Assembly: GCA_964016885.1 (NCBI GenBank)
Contig: OZ024751.1
Coordinates: 10,168,001-10,232,000, forward strand
DNA from: Eledone cirrhosa
Taxonomy: Eukaryota
Reading direction: 5' to 3'
Length of the DNA stretch: 64,000 bases
Below, one piece after another: positions 37,368 through 52,049 of this stretch (positions within the stretch are counted from its first letter, which is position 1; every line of letters begins with the position of its first letter). A program made the translations under genes and the position numbers. The notes under the pieces were generated by a model. It ran no database searches, was not told the origin of the DNA, and saw nothing but the letters and a program-made list of their open reading frames with translations.

Positions 37368-38823
37368 GGGGGAGCAGTCAGCAAAGTGGGAGCAGTCAGC
37401 AAAGTGGGAGCAGTCAGCAAAGGGGAGCAGTCAGCAAAGTTAGGATTAGCAATGAGTATAGCGAGGAATTTAGCGTACAGGTTGGGGTCCACCAGGGCTC
37501 TGTTCTTAGCCCCCTCCTGTTCATCATAGTCCTGCAGGCAATAACGGAGGAGTTTAAGACCGGATGCCCATGGGAACCCCTGTATGCTGATGACCTCGCA
37601 CTCATAGCTGAATCTATGGTAGAACTAGAGAATAAATTCCAAACTTGGAAGCAGGAACTAGAAAGAAAGGGTCTCAAAGTCAACATGACAAAGACTAAGG
37701 TCCTTGTAAGTAGACGAGAAAACAGAACCCAGATCCCCTCAGGGAAATGGCCTTGCTCAGTATGTAGGAAAGGTGTAGGTAGGAACTGCATTCTCTGCCC
37801 CAAATGCAAACAATGGGTACACAAGAGATGTAGCGGGATCTCAGGAAGCTTAATTAAGAATGTAGGCTTCACATGCAGCAGCTGTGCCGGGACAGCAAGC
37901 AGCAAACAGCCACAGGAAACAAGTACCACCAATCTCTGGGAGGGCTCTGTCGAAACACTAGACAGCTTCTGCTACCTAGGTGACCGAATTAGCAGCGGAG
38001 GTGGGTGTTCAGAAAGTACAATAACTAGGGTAAGAACGGAGTGGAAGAAGTTTAGGGAACTACTACCACTGCTAGCTGCAAAAGGCTTCTCCCTCAGAAT
38101 GAAAGGCAGACTGTATGATGCGTGTATCCGAACAGCAATGTTGCATGGTAGTGAGACCTGGGCGCTGAAGGTGGAAGACTTACGTAGATTAGAGAGAAAC
38201 GAAGCCTGCATGCTCCGATGGATGTGTAACAGTAATATACGTGAACGACAAAGCATAAATGAATTGAGAGAGAGACTAAGAATAAGAGGAATCAAATGCT
38301 GTGTGCAGGAGAGGCGGTTGCGCTGGTATGGACATGTGATGCGTATGAAGGATGACAGCTGCATAAAAAGGTGCAGAGCACTAGAAGTCGATGGAAACCG
38401 CAGAGTGGGGAGACCCAAGATGACCTGGGATGAGGTGAGGTAATAAAAGCCGACCTTACCTAATTACACCTCACAAAGGCAATGACACATGACTGTGACC
38501 TCTGGCGTCACGCAGTAATACAGAGTACCCGACCTCCCATGGGTACAAGCTGAAGCATATACACAATATGCCCCCACACCCCCACCGCAAAAAAGCACCC
38601 AGCCCACACTGTAAAGTGGTCGTGTAGGCACCACGAAAAAGCACCCAGCACTCACTGTAAATGAGGTTGGTGTTAGGAAGGTCATCCAGCTGTAGAAATC
38701 AAGCCAAATCAGTTCCTATATGAGCAAGGCATGGTCAGCCGACCAGATCCTGCCCACAACAGGACAACCCGTCTAACCCATGCTAGCATGGAAGAACGGA
38801 CGTAAAACGGTGATGATGACGAT
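37368..38823 (+). mobile_element. RTE subfamily B, 5'-truncated
   Basis: GVHQG, YADD, PHD finger, RRLRWYGHV, 3' UTR and (GAT)n tail. Inserted in (TA)n. Confidence 0.95.
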
Positions 38824-39222
38824 ATATATATATATATAAATATTTATATATATATATGTATAAATATTTATATATATATATATATAAATATTTATATATA
38901 TATATGTATAAATATTTATATATATATATGTATAAATATTTATATATATATATATAAATATTTATATATATATATATAAATATTTATATATATATATATA
39001 AATATTTATATATATATATATAAATATTTATATATATATATATAAATATTTATATATATATATATAAATATTTATATATATATATAAATATTTATATATA
39101 TATGTATAAATATTTATATATATATGTATAAATATTTATATATATATGTATAAATATTTATATATATATATAAATATTTATATATATATATAAATATTTA
39201 TATATATAAATATATATATATA

Positions 39223-39256
<34 letters not shown>

Positions 39257-39338
39257 AATATATATATATATAAATATATATATATATAAATATTTATATA
39301 TATATAAATATATATATAAATATTTATATATATATAAA

Positions 39339-39388
<50 letters not shown>

Positions 39389-39714
39389 AATATTTATATA
39401 TATATATAAATATTTATATATATATATGTAGATAAATCTACCAAGAGTTTACGGTAGTGTCCAATCCGTATGAAGAACTCAATGTATTCCGGATATCATG
39501 GAAGACGGCATATATGTGTGTTTGGTATGTATATTTAATCTTGATAGTTTGTATAATTTTGTATAATTTTGTACATAGATCTGTTGAATATGCATGCCAA
39601 TTCTAACACATATATATCCTAGAAACGATCGTTAAATAATGAACTTTTTTTGTTTAATATAAGGAACTGTTTCATTGTTTTATTCATTATTTCTTTAATA
39701 TTTTATATATATAT

Positions 39715-39763
<49 letters not shown>

Positions 39764-39782
39764 AATATTTATATATATATAT

Positions 39783-39813
<31 letters not shown>

Positions 39814-39815
39814 AA

Positions 39816-39917
<102 letters not shown>

Positions 39918-40051
39918 AATATATATATATAAATATTTATATATATATATATATATATATAAATATATATATATAAATATATATATATAATTATTTATAT
40001 ATATATATACGATATTAAACAAATGGAAACTATATTTATAAAACCATATTT

Positions 40052-40115
40052 ATTTCGTTATATATATTTCTGGGATATCATATTAAAAATATGGTATGCC
40101 TTCCTCAGACAAAAT
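40052..40115 (-). ncRNA. Type I hammerhead motif (left arm)
   Basis: Reverse complement attttgt-CTGAGGA-aggcataccatat...atatgatatccca-GAAA-tatata-TA-acgaaat. Confidence 0.75.
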
Positions 40116-40223
40116 ACAATACATAAGCTGTTTTATAAATAATTTTTGACATACCTTTTTAAATGGAAGTTGCATTATTATAAGGTATGTCAAAAATTAT
40201 TTATAAAACAGCTTATGTATCGT

Positions 40224-40287
40224 ATTTTGTCTGAGGAAGGCATACCATATTTTTAATATGATATCCCAGAAATATATATAACGAAAT
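40224..40287 (+). ncRNA. Type I hammerhead motif (right arm)
   Basis: attttgt-CTGAGGA-stem II (three mismatches)-GAAA-tatata-TA-acgaaat. Palindromic stem III, AUA site. Confidence 0.75.
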
Positions 40288-40416
40288 AAATATGGTTTTA
40301 TAAATATAGTTTCCATTTGTTTAATATCGTAAACCTACTCCAGAAACTGTTGAGTGCTTTTATATCAGTTATAAAATATTTTCTCGTTGTAGCCCAACAA
40401 TCTTAAATAAAACTTT

Positions 40417-40595
<179 letters not shown>

Positions 40596-40601
40596 AATAT
40601 T

Positions 40602-40634
<33 letters not shown>

Positions 40635-40642
40635 TATATAAA

Positions 40643-40880
<238 letters not shown>

Positions 40881-40910
40881 TTTATATATATATATATATA
40901 AATATATAAA

Positions 40911-41088
<178 letters not shown>

Positions 41089-41206
41089 TTTATATATATA
41101 TATATATAAATATATATATATAAATATTTATATATATATATATATAAATATATATATATAAATATTTATATATATATATATAAATATTTATATATATATA
41201 TATAAA

Positions 41207-41249
<43 letters not shown>

Positions 41250-41270
41250 TTATATATATAAATATTTATA

Positions 41271-41586
41271 TATTGTTATATTTGGGGAGGGTCATATTTG
41301 CGTAATATTGCCAGAATTAATAACAGAACACACTCACTGTTTGGTTGGTTTTCGCTTCTCGCTGTCTTTTATATATATATATCTGCGATCTAACTTACTC
41401 GGTCCTCAATGTTGCCATTGACTGACCGGCGGTCAAAAATAATACAGATACAATATAGACACAAACACATATATATATATAGTTTACATAATTTACATAA
41501 ATCTTTCGTTGCACATCTGCAACATCATCAGTGGTGTTATATTCATTGTTCCTCCTGTTGTGTTGTATGTCTACGCCATTTTTATA
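41271..41586 (-). mobile_element. Solo Penelope pLTR with hammerhead core at 41494-41536
   Basis: Collinear with 35832-36128. CTGATGA-t-gttgca/tgcaac-GAAA-gatt-TA is present, but stem I is weakened. Confidence 0.85.
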
Positions 41587-41824
41587 TTTATATATATATA
41601 TAAATATATATATATAAATATTTATATATATATATATATATATAAATATTTATATATATATATATATATATAAATATTTATATATATATATATATAAATA
41701 TTTTTATATATATATGTATATATATATATGTATATATATATATAAATATTTATATATATATATATATAAATATATATATAAATATTTATATATATATATA
41801 TATATAAATATATATATAAATATT

Positions 41825-41926
<102 letters not shown>

Positions 41927-41951
41927 CATATATATATAAAAATATTTATAT

Positions 41952-41990
<39 letters not shown>

Positions 41991-42234
41991 AATATATATA
42001 TATAAATATATATATACATATATATATATACATATATATATATAAATATTTATATATATATATATATAAATATATATATATATAAATATATATATACATA
42101 TATATAAATATATATATACATATATATATATACATATATAAATATTTATATATATATATATATAAATATATAAATATATATATAAATATATATATAAATA
42201 TATAAATATATATATAAATATATATATAAATATA

Positions 42235-44262
42235 TCATCATCATCATCATCATCACCGTTTTACGTCCGTTCTTCCACGCTAGCATGGGTTAGACGGGTT
42301 GTCCTGTTGTGGGCAGTGTCTGGTCGGCTGACCATGCCTTGCTCATACAGGAACTGATCTGGCTTGATTTCTACAGCTGGATGCCCTTCCTAACACCAAC
42401 CTCATTTACAGTGAGTGCTGGGTGCTTTTTCGTGGCGCCTACACGTCCACTTTACAGTGTGGGCTGGGTGCTGTTTTGCCGTGGCACCTCCACGACCACC
42501 TTGCGGTGTGGGGGGGGGGGGGGGCGGGGCATATCGTTTATATGCTTCAGCATGTACCCATGGGAGGTCGGGTACCCTGTATTACTGCGTGACGCCAGAA
42601 GTCACGGTCGTGTGTCATTGACTTTGAGAGGTGTAGTTGGGTAAGGTCGGCTTTTATCACCTCATCCCAAGTCATCTTGGGTCTCCCCACTCCGCGGTTT
42701 CCATCAACTTCTAGTGCTCTGCACCTTTTTATGCAGCTGTCATCCTTCATACGCATCACATGTCCATACCAGCGTAACCGCCTCTCCTGCACGCAGCATT
42801 TGATTCCTCTTATGCTCAGTCTCTCTCTCAATTCATTTATGCTTTGTCGTTCACGTATATTACTGTTACACATCCATCGGAGCATGCAGGCTTCGTTTCT
42901 CTCTAATCTACGTAAGTCTTCCACCTTCAGCGCCCAGGTCTCACTACCATGCAACATCGCTGTTCGGATACACGCATCATACAGTCTGCCTTTCATTCTG
43001 AGGGAGAAGCCTTTTGCAGCTAGCAGTGGTAGTAGTTCCCTAAACTTCTTCCATCCCGTTCTTACCCTAGTTATTGTACTTTCTGAGCACCCACCTCCGT
43101 TGCTAATTCGGTCACCTAGGTAGCAGAAGCTGTCTACTGTTTCTACAGGGCCCTCCCAGAGATTGGTGGTACTTGTTTCCTGTGGCTGTTTGCTTGCTGT
43201 TTCAGCACAGCTGCTGCATGTGAATCCTACATTCTTAATTAAGCTTCCTGAGATCCCGCTACATCTCTTGTGTACCCATTGTTTGCATTTGGGGCAAAGA
43301 ATGGAGTTCCTACCTACACCTTTCCTACATACTGAGCAAGGCCATTTCCCTGAGGGGATCTGGGTTCTGTTTTCTCGTCTACTTATAAGGACCTTAGTCT
43401 TTGTCATGTTGACTTTGAGGCCCTTTCTCTCTAGTCCCTGCTTCCAGGTTTGGAATTTATTCTCTAGTTCTACCATAGATTCAGCTATGAGTGCGAGGTC
43501 ATCAGCATACAGGAGTTCCCATGGGCATCCGGTCTTAAACTCCTCCGTTATTGCCTGCAGGACTATGATGAACAGGAGAGGGCTAAGAACAGAGCCCTGG
43601 TGGACCCCAACCTGTACGCTAAATTCCTCGCTATACTCATTGCCAATCCTAACTTTGCTGACTGCTCCCCTATACATGGCTTGTACCGCTTTCACAAGCC
43701 ATTCATCTACTCCTAGTTTTCTAAGAGCCCACCAGATTACTGCACGTGGAACTCTGTCAAAGGCTTTCTCAAGGTCGACAAATGCCAAGTAGAGTGGCTT
43801 ACTTTTAGCTAGGTACTTTTCCTGTAATTGCCTCACAAGGAAGAGCGCATCAGTGGTGCCTTTCCCTGGAACAAACCCAAATTGCATCTCGTCTATATTC
43901 ACCCGGTCCCTAATCAGCTGTGCTATAACTCTTTCTGTTACTTTCATGACCTGGTCCATCAACTTTATACCTCTATAGTTTCCTCTATCTAGTGCATCGC
44001 CTTTACCTTTGTAGCAGTTGACAATGATGCTACTGCACCAATCTTTTGGTATGGCCCCCTCTAGTATTACCTGGTTAACGATACGTGTGGTTATAGTGTG
44101 ACCTACAGACCCAGATGCCTTCAGCATCTCGGCAGCTATACCCGATGGACCGGTTGCCTTCCCTATCTTCATATCTCTGATTGCCTTACTTACTACGCTG
44201 CCGCTGACTTGTACTGCTGGTCCCTCTATAGGGTCTACGTGGGATAGGGTCTCTTCTTCCCA
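42235..44262 (-). mobile_element. RTE subfamily B, 5'-truncated
   Basis: Complete RT frame, 3' UTR and (GAT)n tail, with (TA)n on both sides. Confidence 0.95.
42547..44172 (-). CDS. RTE reverse transcriptase with PHD finger (endonuclease lost by truncation)
   Basis: NYRGIKL, QFGF, DLEKAFD, YADD, C4HC3 finger, FCYLG. Confidence 0.9.
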   Translation of the reverse strand: MKIGKATGPSGIAAEMLKASGSVGHTITTRIVNQVILEGAIPKDWCSSIIVNCYKGKGDALDRGNYRGIKLMDQVMKVTERVIAQLIRDRVNIDEMQFGFVPGKGTTDALFLVRQLQEKYLAKSKPLYLAFVDLEKAFDRVPRAVIWWALRKLGVDEWLVKAVQAMYRGAVSKVRIGNEYSEEFSVQVGVHQGSVLSPLLFIIVLQAITEEFKTGCPWELLYADDLALIAESMVELENKFQTWKQGLERKGLKVNMTKTKVLISRRENRTQIPSGKWPCSVCRKGVGRNSILCPKCKQWVHKRCSGISGSLIKNVGFTCSSCAETASKQPQETSTTNLWEGPVETVDSFCYLGDRISNGGGCSESTITRVRTGWKKFRELLPLLAAKGFSLRMKGRLYDACIRTAMLHGSETWALKVEDLRRLERNEACMLRWMCNSNIRERQSINELRERLSIRGIKCCVQERRLRWYGHVMRMKDDSCIKRCRALEVDGNRGVGRPKMTWDEVIKADLTQLHLSKSMTHDRDFWRHAVIQGTRPPMGTC

Positions 44263-44286
44263 TATATAAATATATATATATATATA

Positions 44287-44350
<64 letters not shown>

Positions 44351-44381
44351 AATATATATATATAAATATATATATATAAAT

Positions 44382-44460
<79 letters not shown>

Positions 44461-44596
44461 TATATATATAAATATATATATAAATATTTCTATATATATA
44501 TATATATAAATATTTCTATATATATATATATATATATAAATATTTCTATATATATATATATATAAATATTTATATATATATATATATATATATAAA

Positions 44597-44676
<80 letters not shown>

Positions 44677-44788
44677 TTTATATATATATATATATATAAA
44701 TAAATATTTATATATATATATATATATAAATAAATATTTATATATATATATATATATAAATAAATATTTATATATATATATATATAAA

Positions 44789-44828
<40 letters not shown>

Positions 44829-44850
44829 TTTATATATATATATATATAAA

Positions 44851-44973
<123 letters not shown>

Positions 44974-45008
44974 ATTTATATATATATATATTTATATATA
45001 TATATATT

Positions 45009-45057
<49 letters not shown>

Positions 45058-45060
45058 ATT

Positions 45061-45093
<33 letters not shown>

Positions 45094-45238
45094 ATTTATA
45101 TTAGAAAGTGAGGCTTTTTTTACAAAATGAAAAATAACCGAGGTGTCCTACACGAGTGGAAGTATAAAGAAAAAGGGATGAAATCGAAAATGCAACTGAA
45201 GTCTTATTTTTTTTTTAAATATATATATTTATTTGGTT

Positions 45239-45276
45239 CCTTTACCGGTTTCGCAGTTCTTCTGCTTTTCAAAAGG
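45239..45276 (-). ncRNA. Minimal type I hammerhead, U3-A8 core variant
   Basis: Reverse complement cctt-TTGAAAA-gcag-aagaa-ctgc-GAAA-ccgg-TA-aagg. Perfect stems, palindromic ccgg, GUA site. Confidence 0.85.
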
Positions 45277-45331
45277 TGAGTTGAGATGGAGGGTCTGTGG
45301 TTTTTCACCACGGACCCTCCATCTCAACTCA

Positions 45332-45369
45332 CCTTTTGAAAATCAGAAGAACTGCGAAACCGGTAAAGG
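45332..45369 (+). ncRNA. Minimal type I hammerhead, U3-A8 variant (stem II closing pair mutated)
   Basis: cctt-TTGAAAA-tcag-aagaa-ctgc-GAAA-ccgg-TA-aagg. Confidence 0.75.
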
Positions 45370-45626
45370 AACCAAATAAATATATATATTTTTTTAAAAA
45401 ATAAGACTTCAGTTGCATTTTCGATTTCATCCCTTTTTCTTTATATATTTATATATATATATATTTATATATATATATATAAAAATATTTATATATATAT
45501 ATAAATATTTATATATATATATATATAAATATTTATATATATATATAAATATTTATATATATATATATATAAATATTTATATATATATAAATATTTATAT
45601 ATATATATATATATAAATATTTATAT

Positions 45627-45657
<31 letters not shown>

Positions 45658-45760
45658 AATATTTATATATATATATATATATATAAATATTTATATATAT
45701 ATATATAAATATATATATATTTATAAATATTTATATATATATATATAAATAAATATTTAT

Positions 45761-45791
<31 letters not shown>

Positions 45792-45990
45792 AATATTTAT
45801 ATATATATATATAAATATTTATATATATATTTATAAATATTTATATATATATATATAAATATTTATATATATATTTATAAATATTTATATATATATATAT
45901 AAATATTTATATATATATATATAAATATTTATATATATATATATAAATATTTATATATATATATATAAATATTTATATATATATATATAA

Positions 45991-48299
45991 ATCATCATCA
46001 TCATCATCATCATCAGGTTTAGCGTCCGTGTTCCACGCTTGCATGGGTTTGGACGGGGGTTTTCCCACTTGAGGCAAGAGTGGTTGTCTTGCTCGCATAG
46101 GACTGTCTGGCGGGTTTTCTACAGTTGGATGCCCTTCCTAACACCAACCACATTTACAGTGTGGGGCTGGGAGGTTTTTACCGTGTTGCCTACACGGCCA
46201 CATTACAGCGTGGACTGTCTGGCGGGTTTTCTACAGCTGGATGCCCTTCCTAACACCAACCACATTTACAGTGTGGGGCTGGGAGGTTTTGAACGTGTTG
46301 CCTACACGGCCACATTTACAGCGTGGACTGTGTGTTTTTTGTCGTGACACCTACACGATCTCATTTGTTTCGGCCTGGATGTTGTGGGACCAACATAACT
46401 TTACATTGAAAGGGGCGGTGTGGGTGGGGTGGAGGTGGTGGGACGGGGGTGTGTTTTGATAGAGGTGCCTACTGACTGTAGTAGGTTTTTACTTTGTATT
46501 TAGGTAAGGCGGGTCTTCTCTATTACTGAGTACCGCCAAAGGTCTCGGTCCAGTGACATGTCTTGGAGAGGTGTAAGCGTGTGAGGTCGGAATTTATCAG
46601 CTCGTCCCATGTTTTTCTGGGTCTGCCTACTCCGTGGCTACCGTCTATCTTTATTGCCCTGCACTTTGTTATACAGCTGTCGTCTTTCATGCGCATCACG
46701 TGACCGTACCAACGTAGCCTTCTCTCGAGTAAACAACATCTGATCCCTCTTATTCTAATTTTTTCCTTAGTTCGTTTATGCTTGCCGTTCACGTATATTA
46801 CTATTGCACATCCAGCGGAGCATGCAAGCTTCGTTCCTCTCTAGTCTGCGTATATCCTCTGCACACAATGCCCAGGTCTCACTGCCATGCAGCATTGCTG
46901 TTCGTATGCAGGCATCGTATAACCTGCCTTTCATTTTTAGGGAGAACCCTCTAGCGGCTAATAGTGGTATAAGCTCTCTGAACTTTTTCCATCCAGTTCT
47001 GACTCTAGCTACTGTACTTTCAGAGCACCCTCCCCCACTGCTGATTTTGTCACCCAGATAACGGAAGCTGTCCACTATTTCTATAGAACCCTCTGCGCAG
47101 TTGAAGGAGCTAGTATTTTGTGGGCACTTGCTGCTACTTATTGCACCAGAGCACCGGCCACATGTAAAATCTATGTTCTTAGTTAGCTTACCTGTGATCC
47201 CACTACATCTTTTATGCACCCATACTTTGCATTTGGGACATAAAATGGAGTTTCTACCTACGCCTTTCCTACACACTGAGCATGGCCATTTCCCCGATGG
47301 GACCGCCGCCTTAATTTCTTTCCTACAAACTAGAACTTTAGTCTTAGCCAGGTTAATTTTAAGGCCTTTTGATTCTAGGCCGTGCTTCCACGTTTGGAAT
47401 TTCCTCTCTAGTTCGGTCATTGATTCAGCTATGAGCGTTAGATCATCTGCGTATAGGAGTTCCCATGGGCAGCCGGTCTTGAACTCCTCTGTTATAGCCT
47501 GAAGGGCAATAATAAATAGTAGGGGCTAAGTTCAGAGCCCTGATGGACACCAACTTTTACGCTAAACTCTTCACTATATTCGTTGTTAATTCTAACCTTA
47601 CTGACTGTTTCTTTATACATGGCTTGTATAGCTCTCACAAGCCATTCGTCAACACCTAGTTTTCTAAGAGACCACCAGATAATGGAACGGGGGACTCTGT
47701 CGAAGGCTTTCTCCAAGTCGACAAAAGCTAAGTATAGGGGTTTACTTTTAGCTAGGTACTTCTCCTGTAGTTGTCGTACAATGAAAAGAGCGTCTGTGGT
47801 ACTTTTGCCTGACACAAACCCGAACTGCATTTCATCTAGATCAATTCTCTCTCTGATTAGTTGCGCTATTACTTTTTCCGTGACCTTCATGACCTGGTCG
47901 ATTAATTTAATGCCTCTATAGTTACTCCTATCTAGGGCATCTCCTTTTCCCTTATAGCAGTTAACGATGATGCTGCTACGCCATTCCTTCGGAACAACCC
48001 CATTCTGTACGACTTGGTTAACTATCCGGGTGACCATGGTGTGTCCCACCGAACCAGATGCCTTCAGCATCTCAGCAACTATTTCCGAAGGCCCAGCCGC
48101 CTTACCCGTCTTCATATCTTTGATTGCCTTACTTATTATACTACCTTCAACTAACACTGCTGGTCCCTCTATTGGATCGATCTGGGGGAGACTGTCTTTC
48201 TCCCATTTGTTCTCCTCATTTAGAAGCCTTTCGTAGTGGCACTTCCAAGCTACCTTCTTATCAGCGTCGGTGATGGCAAGTATGCCATCATCGTTAAGT
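45991..48299 (-). mobile_element. RTE subfamily A copy, frameshifted, cut by assembly gap
   Basis: Collinear with 27818-30020. 1-bp indels near 47522, 46782 and 46560. ~112-bp tandem duplication in the 3' UTR (46100-46324). Confidence 0.95.
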
Positions 48300-48499
48300 N
48301 NNNNNNNNNNNNNNNNNNNNNNNNNNNNNNNNNNNNNNNNNNNNNNNNNNNNNNNNNNNNNNNNNNNNNNNNNNNNNNNNNNNNNNNNNNNNNNNNNNNN
48401 NNNNNNNNNNNNNNNNNNNNNNNNNNNNNNNNNNNNNNNNNNNNNNNNNNNNNNNNNNNNNNNNNNNNNNNNNNNNNNNNNNNNNNNNNNNNNNNNNNN
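48300..48499. other. Assembly gap (200 N)
   Basis: Run of n. Adjacency across it is unproven. Confidence 1.
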
Positions 48500-48733
48500 A
48501 CTCATAAACACACGACACCCTACACACACACTACACACACCACATACACACACACACACGTACACACACACACACACACACACCACGACACCGACACACA
48601 CACTACACACAAAACACACCACACACACACACACTACACCACCATCCACAAACATCACACTACACACACACACACACACTACACACACAAACACACACAC
48701 AAACACACACACTAAATACACACTCACAAACAC

Positions 48734-48764
<31 letters not shown>

Positions 48765-49165
48765 AAACACCCACAAAACACACACACACACACACACAGC
48801 ACACACACACACACACACGAACACACACACACACACACCACACTACACACACACCCACAAACACACACACACACCACACACACACACGACACACACACAC
48901 ACACACTACACACACACACACACACACAAACACACCACACGACACACACACCCACTACACACACACACACACAACACACACACACCACACACACACACAC
49001 ACACAAACACACACCACACAACACACACAACACACACACACACACTACACACACACTACACACACACACACCACGACCCACACACCACAGACACACAGCA
49101 CACACACACACTCACTACACACACACAGACACTACACACACACACAACACTCACAGCACTACCCT
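48500..49165. repeat. Degenerate (CA)n
   Basis: Direct reading. Possibly low-quality contig end. Confidence 0.9.
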
Positions 49166-49721
49166 TCACCACTCACTGGTTTTGGTCAACCTGATACTGT
49201 AGATACACTTGCCCAAGGTGTAATTGGTCTGCCTGATGATATAGTAATGAAACTTAACCTCACAACAGTAAACAACACCACCAACTTCACAACAGTAAAT
49301 TCTACAATCTTTACCACCACTTGGTACCTCTTTACAGCTATGTAGCCTGAACCACTTAACTTTAAACTCTGAGCTAATATATACAGCACAACTTGAGAAA
49401 TTTCAAAATTACTTTCACTATTAGATGGCTTCAAACGATAAATGATTTTGTCTCGTTATAGCTAGCTAATTGATTTTCTTTCCATTTTGTTTTTATATTA
49501 CTTTATTTTATTTTTTTGTATTTTTATTGTAATTTTATTTGTATTTTCATTTTGTATTTTTATTGTAATTTTTTTTTTTTTTTTTTTTAAATTTCCTACT
49601 TTCCAAACTATATTAGTGGCTATCTGCTGGACTTGATGGTAGACATAAACTGGGAGGAAAACTTTTACTGAAATGTCTGCAAACTTTCCAATTTGATTTC
49701 AGACATTTAATGCAATATTAC

Positions 49722-49851
49722 CATTCCACATTTCCTCTAAATGTCCATTTTTCCAACTTTAAATACTTAAGACGTGGAACAGAAACAGGAAAATTTTCAA
49801 GAATGGTTATTGAAGCATGCTTAATTTCACAATTGGGAATGAATGTGCTTT
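49722..49851 (-). CDS. Weak candidate exon (phase 1-2)
   Basis: Acceptor cctccctgcccgccctgctgttatAG, donor TG|GTAATA, open frame STFIPNCEIKHASITILENFPVSVPRLKYLKLEKWTFRGNVE. No recognisable domain. Confidence 0.2.
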
Positions 49852-49959
49852 CTATAACAGCAGGGCGGGCAGGGAGGTAGTTTGGTTTCTTTATTTTCTT
49901 CTTTATGGGGGATTTGTTTGTTTGTTTGTTGGTTTGTGTGTTTCTGTTCTTGTTTTTGT

Positions 49960-50252
49960 TATTGTTATGTTCATTCTCTCCCTCCCTCGTACACATTCTC
50001 TCTTGCTTTCTCTCCCTATCTTTATCTCTCTCTATCATTCTCTCTCCCTATCTTTCTCTCTCTCTATCTCCTCTTTCTTTCTTGCATTCTCTCACATTCT
50101 CTTTCCACTGCTCCTACCTATATTTCGTCCTCTCTCTCTCCCTATTACTTTCACCTCTTTCAGTCTCTCTAGCATTCTCTCTCCCTCTCTTTCAATCTAT
50201 ATATGTTCCTCCCCTCTCACTCTCCCTCCCTCTTTCATCCCCATCATTCCTC

Positions 50253-50283
<31 letters not shown>

Positions 50284-51146
50284 AACTAAAGTAGAAAGCT
50301 ACATTTGGTTACATTAACAATCATGTCAGACTATCAACACAAAAGAAAACACTTTACACTGTATCACTGCATTGTTATACCACCGCCAACATCATCACAA
50401 CCACCACCACCATCATCATCATCACAACCACCACTGCCACCAACACCACCATCACAACCATCATCACAACCACCACCACCATTGCCAAAACCATTACTAC
50501 CACTACCACCACAGCTACCACCACCATGACTTCAGCCAACACCACTATCACCAATCACTTCTGCCACCAATGACTTCAGCCAACACCACCACCACCAACA
50601 CCACCACCACCACTGCCACCACCATCACTTCAGCCAACACCACTACCACCACCACCACTTCAGCACTTCTGCCAACACCACTACCACCACCACTCCTACA
50701 ACCATCACAACCACCCCCACTACCACCATCACTTCTGCCAACACCACTACTACCACCACCAACACTTCTGCCAACACCGCTACTACCACCCCTCCCACCA
50801 CCATCACAACCACCCCCACTATCACCCCAACCACCAAAACCACCACCACTGCCATGCCCACAATCACTTCTTCCAACACCACCATTGCCACACCATTTCT
50901 GCCAACACCACCACCACTACTACCACCACCACTGTTAGTACTATCAACACCACCACACTCAGATAAACAAACATACACACATATACAAACATTCACAAAA
51001 ACACACACAGAAACACATCATCACAGAAACATATATATTCATACACACACATATGCATATATAAACACATTAATTATATTAAAACTCACACAACACACAC
51101 ACACACACACAAATATACACATATACATACATACACACACACAAAT

Positions 51147-51179
<33 letters not shown>

Positions 51180-51461
51180 TAAACACAGTGTTAAGTAATT
51201 ATATTAAAACCTCCCACAAAAAAAAAATCACACACAGACACACAGAAACACAAATAGAGATACACATACACTCACGTACACACACAGACACATATACACA
51301 CCAATACACACACACAGATACACAAACACAGACATACATACACACACACAAACACACACACACACCAATACACACACACACAAAGAGGCACACACATACA
51401 CATATACAGAGGCACACACATACACACAAACACACACACAAACACAGAGGCACACACAGAG

Positions 51462-51504
<43 letters not shown>

Positions 51505-51505
51505 T
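49960..51505. repeat. CT-rich, (CCA)n-derived and (CA)n simple repeats
   Basis: Direct reading. Confidence 0.85.
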
Positions 51506-51829
51506 GCACAAACAGTGTTAAGTAATTATACTAAAACTAAGAAAATTTCAAAGGTCAAGTATCATGAAAACACAGGAGACAAAAATAATAAAATTATTTT
51601 AACCCTTTCCTGACTTTGTTTTAAACAAGTAGACTGCTCTTCATTATCGATTTTGGACACTTTTACTAAAATGTCTAATGTTATATATCAATATATATTA
51701 TTATATTTATGTTTTCATTAAATCAATGACTCTTACAGAGCTAGTTCTGTTTCCTTCTATAAGAAATCATAATATGTATTTTCTAAGAAACAAAACCATA
51801 CCTACCCTGTGTAAAAGTCATTAATTTAA

Positions 51830-52049
51830 CGCTTTAACATTTAAACCAGCCATATCCAGCCAGAATACTATCACCTCTTACTGTTCAAACTGGCCGTAAC
51901 CAGCTGCTACTCCAACATTAAGGTATTGTTCTCAAAATAAATGATATCAAAATCTCATAGATGCAATATTATGTGAGATAATTATGTGAGATAACGCCTT
52001 TACCATGAGAATATAATAGTTAATATAGAGTAATGTAAATGCTAAAGGG
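51830..52049. mobile_element. piggyBac-type MITE, second copy
   Basis: TTAA|cgctttaacatttaaaccagcc ... aaatgCTAAAGGG|TTAA, collinear with 1248-1470. Confidence 0.8.

Larger units (their letters stand above)
40009..40330. repeat. ~320-bp palindrome with two divergent hammerheads
   Basis: ~150-bp near-identical arms and a ~24-nt loop. Confidence 0.95.
45163..45445. repeat. ~280-bp palindrome with two divergent hammerheads
   Basis: ~137-bp arms around a 7-nt loop (45301-45307). Confidence 0.95.

Noticed and set aside
39430-39660. Unique island in (TA)n with ccgt-ATGAAGA...gacgg
   Set aside because: Possibly a decayed pLTR/hammerhead, but GAAA and stems II and III cannot be reconstructed.
47492-49202. 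ORFs spanning the N gap
   Set aside because: Artefacts joining RTE sequence to (CA)n across unknown sequence.
49177-49346. Possible minus-strand exon with GTGAGT donor, and a CTGATGA...GAAA motif at 49233
   Set aside because: The acceptor lacks a pyrimidine tract and the peptide is unrecognisable. The hammerhead-like words have no supporting stems.
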